A stretch of DNA of 56,890 bases. It comes from Octopus sinensis. Lineage: Eukaryota. Positions 12,101 through 24,833 of the stretch are shown one piece after another; positions within the stretch are counted from its first letter, which is position 1; the number at the start of each line of letters is the position of its first letter. The notes below the pieces were generated by a model. It did no database searches and had not been told where the DNA came from. It worked only from the letters and a program-made list of their open reading frames with translations. A program made the position numbers and the translations under genes. The DNA is taken from NCBI RefSeq assembly GCF_006345805.1, contig NW_021833723.1, forward strand, positions 1 to 56,890. Direction: 5' to 3'.

Positions 12101-12519
12101 ATACATACATACATACATACATACATAAATAAATAATATATAAATATATGCATATATACATACATATATGTACATACCTACATATATAAACAAAAACATA
12201 GAAAACGAGCTTTTTTTCGAATAACGAAAAAAACAGAGAAACGAGACATGCAACATAAAGAATATTCCCCTTCATTAGTTGTCTCTGTTTCATCTACTCC
12301 GCGTTTTCGAAGGCGAGGACAATACGCGAATTCGTTGAAACAGTCCTTCCCGCAAAGCAAATTACATAAAATTTGGGATTTTTTTGCGGAGGATAAAAGT
12401 GGTAACAAGAACAGGACAGTGAGAACAAGACAGTAAAAGCAAACGGTGAGGGATGTTAAGCCAAGACGATATAAAAATTTAAGTAAGTTTTATCTACATA
12501 CATACATACATACATACAT

Positions 12520-12746
12520 CTTTTCCTTCCGGTCTTTCAAAATGTGACCTCGTGTGTACCGTTGGCGATTTTTTTCCTCTGTCTTCCCTTCTCTGGATCT
12601 TTCCTTCTCCTATGTTTCCGACGAAGAGCTCGGCTCGAAACGTTAAACCCTCCTTCTTTCCTTCTTTCCTGAGCGTCCAATAATACTATATTTGTTCCAA
12701 ATCCTCGCGTTGTTGTGTTTTTTTGTGCTTTCTTGTTTGGATTAAC

Positions 12747-12748
<2 letters not shown>
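12520..12748 (+). mobile_element. Penelope-like terminal (pLTR-like) fragment with a minimal hammerhead motif
   Basis: Contains GTTT-CCGACGA-A-GAGC-TCG-GCTC-GAAAC-GTT-AAAC; flanked by (TACA)n. Confidence 0.6.
12614..12648 (+). ncRNA. Minimal type I hammerhead ribozyme motif, core variant CCGACGA
   Basis: Stem I GUUU/AAAC, stem II GAGC/GCUC, GAAA, and palindrome AACGUU in place of stem III; the U of CUGA is replaced by C. Confidence 0.55.
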
Positions 12749-12778
<30 letters not shown>

Positions 12779-13158
12779 CATACATACATACATACATACA
12801 TACATACATACATACATACATGTAAAACGAAAGAAACAACAGAAGCAAAAGGAGATATCGTTGTACAGTGACCATTATCTGAAGTGGAGTGTTGAATCAA
12901 CGTCATGGAGAAGACCGCTGTCGGCAGTCTTGACATGGAGTGCATGTTTTTGTATATAGCTGGTTGTTGCCACCGCCACCGACACTGCTGCTGTTGCTAT
13001 ACCTGACCATTTGGTATCAAACATTGCAGTTAGGGAACGGTAACATCCTAAAGTACTCTATTTATCGATTTATATATTATTTAACAGTCTATCAGCCTAT
13101 TTATCTATCTGCCTGCCTCTCTGTCTGTCTGTATATCTGCCTGTCTGTCAGTCTGTCC

Positions 13159-13191
<33 letters not shown>

Positions 13192-13542
13192 CTTATCTAT
13201 CTATCTTTCTTTCTTTCTTTATCACTTTTTCTCTTACACATTTTGTTCAACATCATCTCTCTCTTATTCTACTTTTACTTCTTCATCACCTCTTCTTTCT
13301 CTCTCTCTCTCTCCCTTTGTCTCTCTCTCTCTTTCTCCATCTCCTTCGATGTCCAACTTTATTTTTCTAACTCCCCCTGTCTTTCTTCCTCATTGTTACT
13401 CCGTTCTCTTAACATTTTCTCCTCTTCTCTTCCTTCTTATTCCACACTCTCTGACTTTTACTCCCTCATGTTTGGTTGATGAACATATTTGGTTCTCATC
13501 GAGTTGATATTTTAATTATCCATTATTGTTCCCATTGTCGAA

Positions 13543-13745
13543 GGCGACGATCTGGCAGAATCGTTAGTATGTTGGGCAAAATACTTAGCGGTATTTCTTA
13601 TGTTCTGGGTTCAAACTCCCGCGAGGCGGAGTTTTGTCTTTCATCCTTCCAGACGCAATAATATATGTACCAGTAGAATGCTTGAATTGATGTAATCGTG
13701 TCCCCCACCTCCATCAAATTTCAGGCCTTGTGTTGATATTACAAA
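13543..13745 (+). mobile_element. SINE family B, diverged
   Basis: Head GGCGACGATCTGGCAGAATCGTTAG; tail AAATTTCAGGCCTTGTG. Confidence 0.75.
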
Positions 13746-13855
13746 GAATTGTTGTTGAATCTTAAGATTTTAAGGGTTTTTGCTATCCCGTTTGTTCATA
13801 AAATATTTTATAACTTTTTTATTGTAGAAGCGGAGTCATAGATATGTGGCATAAT

Positions 13856-14067
13856 CCTTTCTACTATAGGCACAAGGCCTGAAATTTCGGGGTGAAGGAT
13901 AATCGATTACATCGGCCCCTGTATTTCACTGACACTTAATTTATCGACCCCGAAAGGATCGAACGCAAAGTCGACCTCGGCGGAATTTTAACTCACAGTG
14001 TTGCGGCAGGCGAAATACTGCTAAGCATTTCGTCCAGGTTGCTAACGGTTCTGCCAGCTCGCCACCT
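13856..14067 (-). mobile_element. SINE family B with 17-bp target-site duplication
   Basis: TAGATATGTGGCATAAT at 13839-13855 and 14068-14084. Confidence 0.9.
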
Positions 14068-14174
14068 TAGATATGTGGCATAATATAACGGTCATGAACC
14101 CTCGAGAGGCTACACTTCACATTAATATAGAGTATGTAAGTATGTATATGTATATGCATGTATGCATACATGTA

Positions 14175-14360
14175 CGAGGAGTTGCTGAAAAGTTCTTGGC
14201 TTTGGGCAAAAGAAGATACAGGAGGATCAATGAATTATTTTTAACATGTTCTCCTTTCAGATTCACACACTTATTGCAGCGGTCCTTCAGTTTTCTTAAG
14301 CTCTTTAAAAATAATTATAGCCTACCCTTAAAGACAGGTACTTTTCAGCACCCCTTTTCG
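14175..14360. mobile_element. mariner-type MITE
   Basis: TA|CGAGGAGTTGCTGAAAAGT...ACTTTTCAGCACCCCTTTTCG|TA: imperfect mariner-like TIRs with TA flanks. Confidence 0.75.
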
Positions 14361-14904
14361 TATATCTTATATTCATGTAACTGAAACTCTGCCAGATCAT
14401 CTTGTGATCACCCATTAAAACCTCCCAATGTAACTCACATCTCATACTGTCTCGCTCACGAAATATCGAACCGAACACTACAGTGAGAGAAACTTTAAAT
14501 AAACATGTGAGATTTAAAATGAAAGTGAGTTACGGTAAAAGGCGTTGTACTGACAAAAATTGCAGACTAACAAACGAAGAATGAAGCGAGCCAATAAGAA
14601 AGACAAAAAGAAAATTAACAAGAGATTGCGTTTCAAAACAAACTGCATTCAAGGATTGGTGGGGGAAAACTCATTATATATTAGTCATAAGGTTGGTTCA
14701 ACTAACTAATATAAGAATGCTTTATATGGTAGCTGAATATTTTCTGCTATTTATATAGGAAAGAAACAAAGCACGTTTTCTCTCAAGAACGGTCAACAAA
14801 TCGAAGAGTTGTCCATTAATAGTTTATTTTCGACATATAGGAAGCATAGAAGGAATTATGTTTACGTTCATATTTCTCTGTTTTTGTGTATATAAGTATA
14901 TCCT

Positions 14905-15283
14905 TTACTCTTTTACTTGTTTCAGTCATTTGACTGCGGCCATGCTGGAGCAAATCGACCCCGGGACTTGTTCTTTGTAAGCCCAGTACTTATTCTATCG
15001 GTCTCTTTTGCCGAACCGCTAAGTGACGGAGACATAAAGACACCAGCATCGGTTGTCAAGAAATTCTAGGGGGACAAATACAGATACACAAATATGCACA
15101 CACACATATATATACATATATACGACGGGCTTCTTTGAGTTTCCGTCTACTAAATCCACTCACAAGGCTTTGATCGGCCTCGTGGAGCTTTTGAGTGTTT
15201 TCGCTCAATAAACACGCACAAAGCCCGGTCTGGAAATCGAAACCGCGAGTCCGCTGCCCTATCCACTGGGCCATTGCGCCTCC
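14905..15283 (-). mobile_element. Chimeric SINE: family D tRNA head joined to family A body and tail
   Basis: Head GGAGGCGCAATGGCCCAGTGG..AAAAGCTCCACGAGGC joins family A at GGCCGATCAAAGCCTTGTGAGTGG. Confidence 0.8.
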
Positions 15284-15315
<32 letters not shown>

Positions 15316-15420
15316 TAAGAGATATATACCTACATAGCATATGTACATACACATAATATATGTGTCCATGTGTGTGCGCCTGTGTGTGTTATGTATATGT
15401 GTGTGTGTGTGTGTGTGTTT

Positions 15421-16960
15421 GCGTTATGTCATATAAGTCATTTGTTATTCCTTTCTAATGAATCGTTTATGCAGTGCTTAAAGAGTTTATTGCTAAGCTC
15501 AAGTAATATACGACGAAGAGAAGAAAAAAAGGTTTCCTCCATTTACTCAAGCAAACATTTAGCAATCGACTTAAAGTGAAATTTGATACATTTGTTATCG
15601 TCACTTTATTACGTTCAATGCTTTATTTACTTCATCGATTAGTCATGACTTGCAGAAATATAAACCTACGGAGAAAAGAAAGTAGATTTAATTGTTTTAA
15701 AGACAATAGTATTATATGAACATTCATATGAGAGTAGTTTTACGAGCGAGTATTAGAGTACCATAAGCGCATGGCTCAGTGGTTAGAGCGTCGGGCTCAC
15801 AATCCTGAGATAGTGAGTTCGATTCACGGACCGAATTGTGTGTTGTTTTCTTGAGCAAGACACTTTATTTTACATTGCTTCGTTTCACTCGGCGATGGAA
15901 ATGAGTCGCGACGTCACTGGTGCCAAGCTGTATCGGCCTCTACCTTTTCCTTGGATACTCTGTGTGTGTGTGTGTGCGTAAGTGTGTGTGTGTGCATAGT
16001 CCCATGCATGACTGTGGTTAAGAAGCCTATTTCCTAACCATGTGGCCTTGCGATGTTTCATTTCAGTGCACAGCACCTTAGGCAAGTGTCATCTACTATT
16101 GCTCCTTGCAAGGAGATTTTGTGGACAGAAGCCGAATAAACCCATCGTGTGTGTGTGTGTGTGTGTGTGGTGTGTGTGTGTGTTTGCGTTATGTCATATA
16201 AGTCATTTGTTATTCCTTTCTAATGAATCGTTTATGCAGTGCTTAAAGAGTTTATTGCTAAGCTCAAGTAATATACGACGAAGAGAAGAAAAAAAGGTTT
16301 CCTCCATTTACTCAAGCAAACATTTAGCAATCGACTTAAAGTGAAATTTGATACATTTGTTATCGTCACTTTATTACGTTCAATGCTTTATTTACTTCAT
16401 CGATTAGTCATGACTTGCAGAAATATAAACCTACGGAGAAAAGAAAGTAGATTTAATTGTTTTAAAGACAATAGTATTATATGAACATTCATATGAGAGT
16501 AGTTTTACGAGCGAGTATTAGAGTACCATAAGCGCATGGCTCAGTGGTTAGAGCGTCGGGCTCACAATCCTGAGATAGTGAGTTCGATTCACGGACCGAA
16601 TTGTGTGTTGTTTTCTTGAGCAAGACACTTTATTTTACATTGCTTCGTTTCACTCGGCGATGGAAATGAGTCGCGACGTCACTGGTGCCAAGCTGTATCG
16701 GCCTCTACCTTTTCCTTGGATACTCTGTGTGTGTGCGTAAGTGTGTGTGTGTGCGTAAGTGTGTGTGTGTGCGTAAGTGTGTGTGTGTGCGTAAGTGTGT
16801 GTGTGTGCATAGTCCCATGCATGACTGTGGTTAAGAAGCCTATTTCCTAACCATGTGGCCTTGCGATGTTTCATTTCAGTGCACAGCACCTTAGGCAAGT
16901 GTCATCTACTATTGCTCCTTGCAAGGAGATTTTGTGGACAGAAGCCGAATAAACCCATCG
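15421..16960 (+). repeat. Tandem duplication of a 765/813-bp unit bounded by (TG)n
   Basis: 15421-16147 and 16186-16960 read as identical in the stretches compared, except for copy number of an 18-bp GCGTAAGTGTGTGTGTGT unit (1 vs 4). Confidence 0.95.
15768..15958 (+). mobile_element. SINE family C (second copy at 16533-16723)
   Basis: tRNA-like head GCGCATGGCTCAGTGGTTAGAGC..GAGTTCGATTC followed by TTCTTGAGCAAGACACTT. Confidence 0.8.
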
Positions 16961-17030
16961 TGTGTGTGTGTGTGTGTGTGTGTGTGTTGTTTGTCCCCAC
17001 CCTCAACCGGTTTTGGTCTGTTTACATTAG
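16807..17030 (+). mobile_element. SINE family A, diverged (5' half duplicated at 15994-16147)
   Basis: Head, internal (TG)n and the start of the 3' half, TGTTTGTCCCCACC. Confidence 0.65.
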
Positions 17031-17829
17031 TAACCAGAGTGAACTCGATAGTAACCTCCATCATCTTTGTAATTATATCACATAGATTCTTCTTTATGAG
17101 GTTCAACGCATGCGAGTTAAACAAAAAAATCCGCATTGCAAAATTACTTGTCAGCTGATTGCAGCACGGAATGCTTCAAGATTCTTTTATAGATTGTTAT
17201 GTTCACAAAACCCGAGGAAGCACAGCATTCTAACATCTGCATATGACATTGCGCCTCAAACCGCAATTGGTTGCGATAACTCGACACCGAACCTCAAACA
17301 GCTGGAGTTTTGTGCCTCGCAAAACTTTGCAACCTTGGTTTCTGAACAAAATTCAAAACTGGCACTCAACAAGAAACATCACTTTGACCCACTGCTCAAC
17401 ACCAAACTCCTATTACTCCTTGGCCTGTATCAGCTGCATGTGACTAAGAAATTGCTTAGTCCTGGATACTTGCGCCACATTTTATTATAGATATCTCCCG
17501 ACGATATCAAACCAACTCTATTCCACAATTTCTTCACGACGCTCTAGTCATCCATCCTACAGGTGTAGCTCCTTTTTCCACATGTTGGTCATAAAAACGA
17601 AGAACATCGACAGAGTGATGCTTCGACACAGAACCGAGACTCTGGGAGAAACCAGCCTTTTCAGCAACAAAATTCAGTGCTTTCTCTTCGTAAAATATGT
17701 CAATGATGGTCTTTTGAACAAATATGAAACGGGAAAACTTGCCAAGGGTTTTCTGTAAAAAGAAGTTATATATAATATTACAATATAATATAACATTACA
17801 AGTATATTAAAATTACATTAAAATACTGA

Positions 17830-18200
17830 TTTCAAATTTTAGCACAAGGCCAGTAAGTCGATTACATCGAGCCCAATACTCAACTGGTATTTATTTTATT
17901 GGTCACGAAAAGGTGAAAAGTAATATCGACCTCGGTAGAATTTGAATTCAGAATGTAAAATCGGATAAAATGCCGCAAAATTATATTAAAATGTTCATTT
18001 CAAAGGCCAGAAAGTTAGATGGGGGATCTAAGTCGATTACATCGACCCTAGTACTGAACTGCTACTTAATTTATTAACCCCGAAAGGATAAAAATTAAAG
18101 TCGACCTCGGTAGAACTTGAACTCAAAACATAAATACAGACGAGACGCCCCTAAGAATTTCGGCCGGCGGGTTAACGATTCTGCCAGCTCGCTGCCTTCA
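17830..18200 (-). mobile_element. Two tandem family B SINEs, diverged
   Basis: Repeated AAGTCGATTACATCGA..TCGACCTCGGTAGAA blocks; the head ends at CTGCCAGCTCGCTGCCTT. Confidence 0.8.
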
Positions 18201-19146
18201 AGCTATATTAAGATATTAGCTGAAGGAATATTACTTAAATGCATTAAGATATTTCTGTAATATTTTGAGACAGCAGATTTTTTCTTATATATTTGTATCG
18301 TTACATTTGTTAATTTACAGTATTTATAGTCTACAGTAATAGAAGTGAACGTCGGATGTGTATGTTGTGTAAGAGCCTCTGAGGTGGATTTTATCAAAGG
18401 GTAGAAATATTCTTTCAGGCACATTCTGTGAATGCTAGTCGTCATTATATACAAATATTTTTCCGAGTTGTCAGGGAAATTCCCGGAACCAGGTGTATGT
18501 TGAACTTCCTGCATTCTCTCTCATCATCTCTGATGCTGTGTACGTGAGTGGGAGACGTGTATGGTGTCGTTAATAAAAAGAATACCCACTCGAACCAGCA
18601 GCAGCAGATACAGAGCGACAACCCCTACCACAATGTTTATCATCTAGCCACGATAGCGGACGCTATCTTAAGGAGCACGACCAATCCAACCAAAGCTACC
18701 ACTACATTTCTCTCCCTTACCTCTCTCTCTTTCTCTCCTCCAACATCAAGCAAAGCCGACGTTGCCATCTCCCTCACTACAAAGAAACACAACATCTAAC
18801 ATCGTCAAGAGCCTCTACTCAAATGGACATTTCAAAGCCAGCGCAGAATTCAAACTGCATCGTTTCTAAAGCAACCCAGATATGACAAATGTATGCGTAT
18901 ACTCTTCTATGTACGTTTGATGTTGTCTGCAATGAATACGTTAACTATGAGTATGTGCATACTGTCCAACCATGTACAAGTACACACTCACACATACACA
19001 CATAAAAGTAAAAAAAATAGATATATATGTATATCTACATATGTATATCAATATATATGTTTATATGTATGTATGTATGCATATTTACACGTGTACATTT
19101 AAATGAGTACACACATATATGCGTGCATATATATGTGTGTATTTGT

Positions 19147-19199
<53 letters not shown>

Positions 19200-19769
19200 T
19201 TGAACAATCAACACATACGAACACCAAACTTACCTTTTAAAAAAGTTCAACAATAATTCTTCTGCTGCCACGTAATTTAAAGACAATTTGGTGTACGTAG
19301 GGCCTTGCTTTTAGTACAAACAATTATTTGTAGTAGCTGGTATGTATCTAAACTCTTGTTCGTAGTTTGAAGGAAAATTGCACCACTGTTGCTAGACACT
19401 ATTTTAAAGTTCGATTTTTATGGTTTGGAATTGTTCTAAACGTATTTGACTATAAAGATATTTGAAATTTAGTATCTTTTAATATTTTTTGAGGTAATAA
19501 TAAAATTAGTCGAATCTATTTTCCTGCAGTCGGAGTGGGCTAAGTTTCCATAGCTCCGACGGCCAACGGCATGACAATAGGTCCGACAGATTTTATTAAT
19601 ATCTGAAAAAAATACTAAGTTACCAGCATTTTTATAGTAGAGAGTTATGAGACGTAATATTGTATGAGAATGTAAGTTCAATACGTATTTCAGTTCTGAA
19701 CGTTATGAAGCACATTTTGATTACTCATGAGTTCCTCCGCCCTTTGACAGGTCTTATCTTTCGTCCCGC

Positions 19770-19897
19770 GATGGAAATGAGTTGCGACGTCACTGGTGCC
19801 AATGATTTACCAATGAGTTGCGACGTCCGGCGATGGAAATGAGTTGCGACGTCACTGGTGCCAAGCTGTATCGGCCTCTACCTTTTCCTTGGATACG
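19770..19897 (+). mobile_element. 5'-truncated family C SINE with stuttered 5' end and 15-bp TSD
   Basis: TATCTTTCGTCCCGC at 19755-19769 and 19898-19912; AATGAGTTGCGACGTC occurs three times within the insert. Confidence 0.85.
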
Positions 19898-19944
19898 TAT
19901 CTTTCGTCCCGCAGAACGTCCAACAATCACCCTCCTCACCGAGT

Positions 19945-20110
19945 GACACGTTGTGTTCTTGAGCAAACACTTCATTTCACGTTGCTCCAGTCCACACAGC
20001 TGAAAAAAAATTAATAATCCTGCGACGGACCGGCGTCCAATCCGGGTGGAAAATTTGTACCCCACGGAAACCGAGTAACCAGCCTTTATGAGTCGGTATG
20101 ACTCGGGAAG
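19945..20110 (+). mobile_element. SINE fragment with V-domain-like centre
   Basis: TTCTTGAGCAAACACTT..CCTGCGACGGACCGGCGTCCAATCCGGG resembles the V-SINE central motif as I recall it. Confidence 0.5.
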
Positions 20111-20137
20111 GTAACTTTACTTTTTCATTTATTTATA

Positions 20138-20525
20138 GGCGTAGGAGTGGTTGTGTGGTAAGTAGCTTGCTTACCAACCACATGGTTCCGGGTTCAGTCC
20201 CACTGCGTGGCACCTTAGACAAGTGTCTTCTACTATAGCCTCGGGCTGACCGATTCTGGTGTGTGTACATCCCCGTAATCTAGCGGTTCGGCAAAAGAGA
20301 CCGATAGAATAAGTACTAGGCTTACAGAGAATAAGTCCTGGGGTCGATTCGCTCGACTAAAGCTTTCGACGGAAGAAAATTGACCCCCAGTACTCGTCTT
20401 CTAAAAGCCTAATACTTATTCTGTCGTTCTCTTAAGGCCAAACCGCTAAGTTATGGAGACATAAACAAACCAACACCGGTCGTCAAGTGGTGATGTGGGA
20501 CAAACACAAACACAAAGACACACCC
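20138..20525. mobile_element. Family A SINE (+, internally deleted) followed by an inverted family A 3' half (-)
   Basis: Plus copy 20138-20362; minus copy about 20370-20525. Confidence 0.8.
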
Positions 20526-20554
20526 ATGTGGATGTGGATGTGTTTGCTTGTATG

Positions 20555-20588
<34 letters not shown>

Positions 20589-20989
20589 TGTATGTATGTA
20601 TGTATGTATGTATACATGGATGGATGGATGGATGGATACGCGTGATTGTGTACATGTGTGTATGTGAGTAAGGCGTAGTCGTTTCGTCCGGGTGACTTTT
20701 GAATTGGTAAATACATTATCAAAGTAATTCCAGTCCTGAACAATTTTATTCCAGATAGTGTATCCAGTGTACCCTTCCCTATTTGTATGGTGATTAGGTA
20801 TGATTCAAGAGAGATGCTGCTGTTATTTCTTACAGGTCGGTTGGAATTAATATACCAGAGGGGAATATACATCGTCTCTCTATGCAAAGTGAATTGTGTA
20901 AAACCTGTCAATGATTTAGCCACTTGCTGCATACTGGGAAATATTCATACATACATAGAGAGAGAGAGAAGAGATAAATAAATAAATAG

Positions 20990-21190
<201 letters not shown>

Positions 21191-22114
21191 TGCGTGTGTG
21201 TGTGTGTGTGTGTGTGCATACATACATACATGTTTACATATATACATATATATATACATATATTTATGAAAAGGAAGTGGAGAGAAAGAAGAGGGAACAT
21301 GGAAATAGATGCATACAAACAGACATACAAGCGACTTTGGATGAGAACATGAGAACTCCTTGGTGCCTATGTATCGCCAGGCTCCATTTCCATAGCAATT
21401 CACTACTTTGATTTACGGCAGTAACGTATGTCTTGTCCATACGAAGCTCCACTATAACATTACCATCTTCACAATAGATCCAATGATCTCATTTATTTTC
21501 CAACAAACACACACGCTTGCACACACAAACGCATACAAACACACATAAACACACGCATATAACTACACATAGTCATAGACACATGCAACGAACGCGCAGA
21601 CGATTTGTTACTTTACCTCGGCTACACATAAATGCAGAGAGATCGCTGCATTAATGTCGACCTTCATTTGCATTACGACATTCCGGTGATATATGAATTT
21701 GTTTGGTCGTCTGGTCGTGTGGGCTATTGAAGTTCTGATGTCATTCGGCCTCCAGAAAGCATGTTTTATCCGTTTGTTCGGATGATGAACTGAGAATAAA
21801 GGCGGTAAACAAAGAACGTTGCAGCATCACCCCCGTCTCTGTCGGTTACCATCATCATATTCATCATCATAATTACCATCATCACACTCGCCACCACCAG
21901 TAGCAAAAATGTAACCTGTTTTATAGTTTCCTTCAAAGCGATTCTCTGTGAACCTGACATTCTAATGAATTACCTTCTGGCTTTTCTCCTCGTCGGTCGA
22001 ATGAACGGTGTGTTAGTTGGTTGCGTTAAACTAAAGTTTCAAAATTATGAATATTGTAGAGTGAGCAACAGAGAGAGAGTAAGAGAGATAGATAGATGGA
22101 TAGAGCGATAGAGG

Positions 22115-22174
<60 letters not shown>

Positions 22175-22294
22175 AGACAGAGAGAGAGAAAGAGACAGAG
22201 ACAGACAAAAAGAGAGGAGAAGCGAAGGATCAACTCCGTTGCCATATATATATACTAAGTTTTATTTATTTAATGAAGAGAATAAAACTCTTCA

Positions 22295-22618
22295 GTCGGG
22301 CAAATCGACCCCAGAACTTATTTCATGTAAGCCCAGTACTTCTATCGGTCTCTTTTGCCGAACCGCTAAGTTACGGGGACGTAAACATGTCAAGCGATGG
22401 CTGGGGCACAAACACAGACGTACAAATACACACGCACACACACACATATATATATACGACGGGCTTCTTTCAGTTTCCGTCTACCAAATCCACTCACAAG
22501 GCTTTGGTCAGCCCGAGGCTATAGTAGAAGACACTTGCCCAAGGTGCCACGCAGTGGGACTGAACCTGGAACCATGTGGTTGGGAAGCAAGCTACTTAAA
22601 CACACAGTCACTCCTGTG
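22295..22618 (-). mobile_element. SINE family A
   Basis: Reverse complement of the family A head and body. Confidence 0.9.
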
Positions 22619-23227
22619 TAATGTTTATTCTTTTTACCTAGCAAATTCACAAGTTGCAGAAATGAATAATAGAGATATTGCAAAAGAGGCTTCAAATGGG
22701 GATCGAAAGCTTGCATTTCTTCTTTGCTACGATGCTTTGCTCACAAGTTTATTCATAATAAGGAAGCGTACATTTTTAACATGGCGGCAGCAAATTTACA
22801 GCGGAAGAAAAACGACTACATGGATGCCAAAGGGCAGTTGCTATTTAGACTAATATATTGCATTTTGCTAACTAAATTTAGTAGTGCAGGCTGTAGATTG
22901 TTGCGATTACATCTCTCGTAAATTGAAAATCGTTATATTTAATCTTCATGTATGTGGAGGGGGGGCATGTGTGTATGTTCGTGTGTGTGTGTCCGTGTAC
23001 GTTCGTGTGTGTGTGTGTGTGTTTGTGCGTGTGTGCGTGTACTCTTCGTTTTAATTTTTTTTTTGTTTTCGCATTTTGTCGTTAACTTTCTCTAATATAA
23101 ATTTGTCACTATCTTTAGGAAGGCATAAAGATAGATTGGTAGATACATACGTACATACATACATACACACGCATACATAAATATACATACATATAAATAT
23201 AAAATACATACGTATGAGTATTTATGC

Positions 23228-23270
<43 letters not shown>

Positions 23271-23289
23271 GATTTTGCTGTTGAAAATG

Positions 23290-24280
23290 CATTGTGATTA
23301 TCTGTGAGAGTGAGGTACAGTTCCACGAAGACAACACAAGGGAACTGGGCCTCCTCCTTAAACTAAGCTATGCCTGTAACTACCTAGACAATCATGACCT
23401 TAGTAGATTCTGCCCCACTAGGTCACAGAGGGAGAGGTCACCTCCCCCCCCCGTGCGAACCCTATGTAACAAAGAAACATACACAGAACATCATACACCG
23501 CATTAGCCGTCCAAAAATTTGGACCTGGAGATCTCCATTTCCAGCGACTTCGAGGGCCACCTCCCAGTGGTGTCGGGCTTCAACGAAGAGCCCTCGACTA
23601 CAACAAGACGGCCAAAGTTTTTTTTTTTTTTTTCAAGGTCTGGGGTCTCCCGCTCCTAAGCCCTAGACCATCATATAATTACCCTTACCCGTCCTGTTGC
23701 TTAACAGCAACAACTACACCGCATTAAATTTCTCTGGACACGACTAGAAAGATAGGGTAACTCAACTTTGAGAACACCACATGCACCTACATGCACCTTA
23801 CTGTCTATTTTTCATTAGAAAAATAGATAGTAATAGGGTAGGATGTCCACTTTTTAAAAGAGTCGCCTATTCAGATCATAAGTTTGTAATCTGTACGGTC
23901 GATCTAGATAAGAAGCGTAGATTAGGCCCCGGGTACTGGAAGCTGAACATGTCGTTTCCAGCACGTAAAGCTTACAGGGACCGGGTGAACAATTTAGTTA
24001 AGCAGAAGTTGACAACAACAGGTAGTGGGCGGCCCTCAAAAGAGAGATTAGAGCAATATCGATAGGGTTTAGCAAAGAAGTAGCGTTAGAAAAAATAAAA
24101 AGGAGTTAGTAGCTAAACTTGATGAGGCTATTTATTGTAGCATTGTAACCGACGTGCTAGCAGCGAGAATAGCATTAGACCAGTTCTTCAATGCAAAACA
24201 TGAAGGTTGCATTGTTAGAGTTAAGGTTCGTGCTCTAAGTAACGAGGGGGCCAAAATGTTCGATGGGCCCACGCGGTGAA
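23290..24280 (+). mobile_element. Decayed Tx1/L1-clade LINE (possible ORF1 pieces, end of APE, tether)
   Basis: YSDHKFVICTVDLDKKRRLGPGYWKLN is the APE C-terminal SDH motif plus the G.GYWKLN motif; downstream HEGCIVRVKVRAL..EG. The upstream part is less certain. Confidence 0.75.
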
Positions 24281-24590
24281 GGCTGTTGAACGAACCACCC
24301 ATGTATCCAAAGGTGAATTATCCAAACCCCAAAGAATTCCTCTCAACACATGGCAATGGTACTCCCCAACTACTTCTGCTCGTGATCAGAGATGCACATA
24401 TCGTCAGCTACTAAGGGACATGGTCAACTGGTTAAGGTCAAACAACTGACAAGCAAATCTGTGGTATTGAGCAGAATATTTGCTGTAACCCATCTTTTAT
24501 ATCATGACAAAACTATGATCATGATAACACTTCCAATCAGTTAAGATCAGAAGCTACGAGAGACACTGCCTGGTACTGCATCAGGGCAAC
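24280..24590 (+). repeat. Interspersed repeat (probable LINE 3' end), also at 37920-38220
   Basis: Two similar copies in the window (AAAGGTGAATTATCCAAACCCC..GGTACTGCATCAGGGCA), both ending at TAA/TTA-type microsatellites. Confidence 0.8.
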
Positions 24591-24592
24591 CA

Positions 24593-24833
<241 letters not shown>

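Noticed and set aside
14427-14532. Imperfect inverted repeat (GTAACTCAC/GTGAGTTAC and inner matches)
   Set aside because: Short discontinuous arms, plausible by chance.
17150-17520. Possible Gypsy gag remnant
   Set aside because: Weak similarity only (AYD..., LRHILL..PDDIK); not supportable without a search.
22239-22853. 204-aa ORF with a possible acceptor near 22640
   Set aside because: The first two-thirds is antisense SINE; the rest matches no family I recognise.
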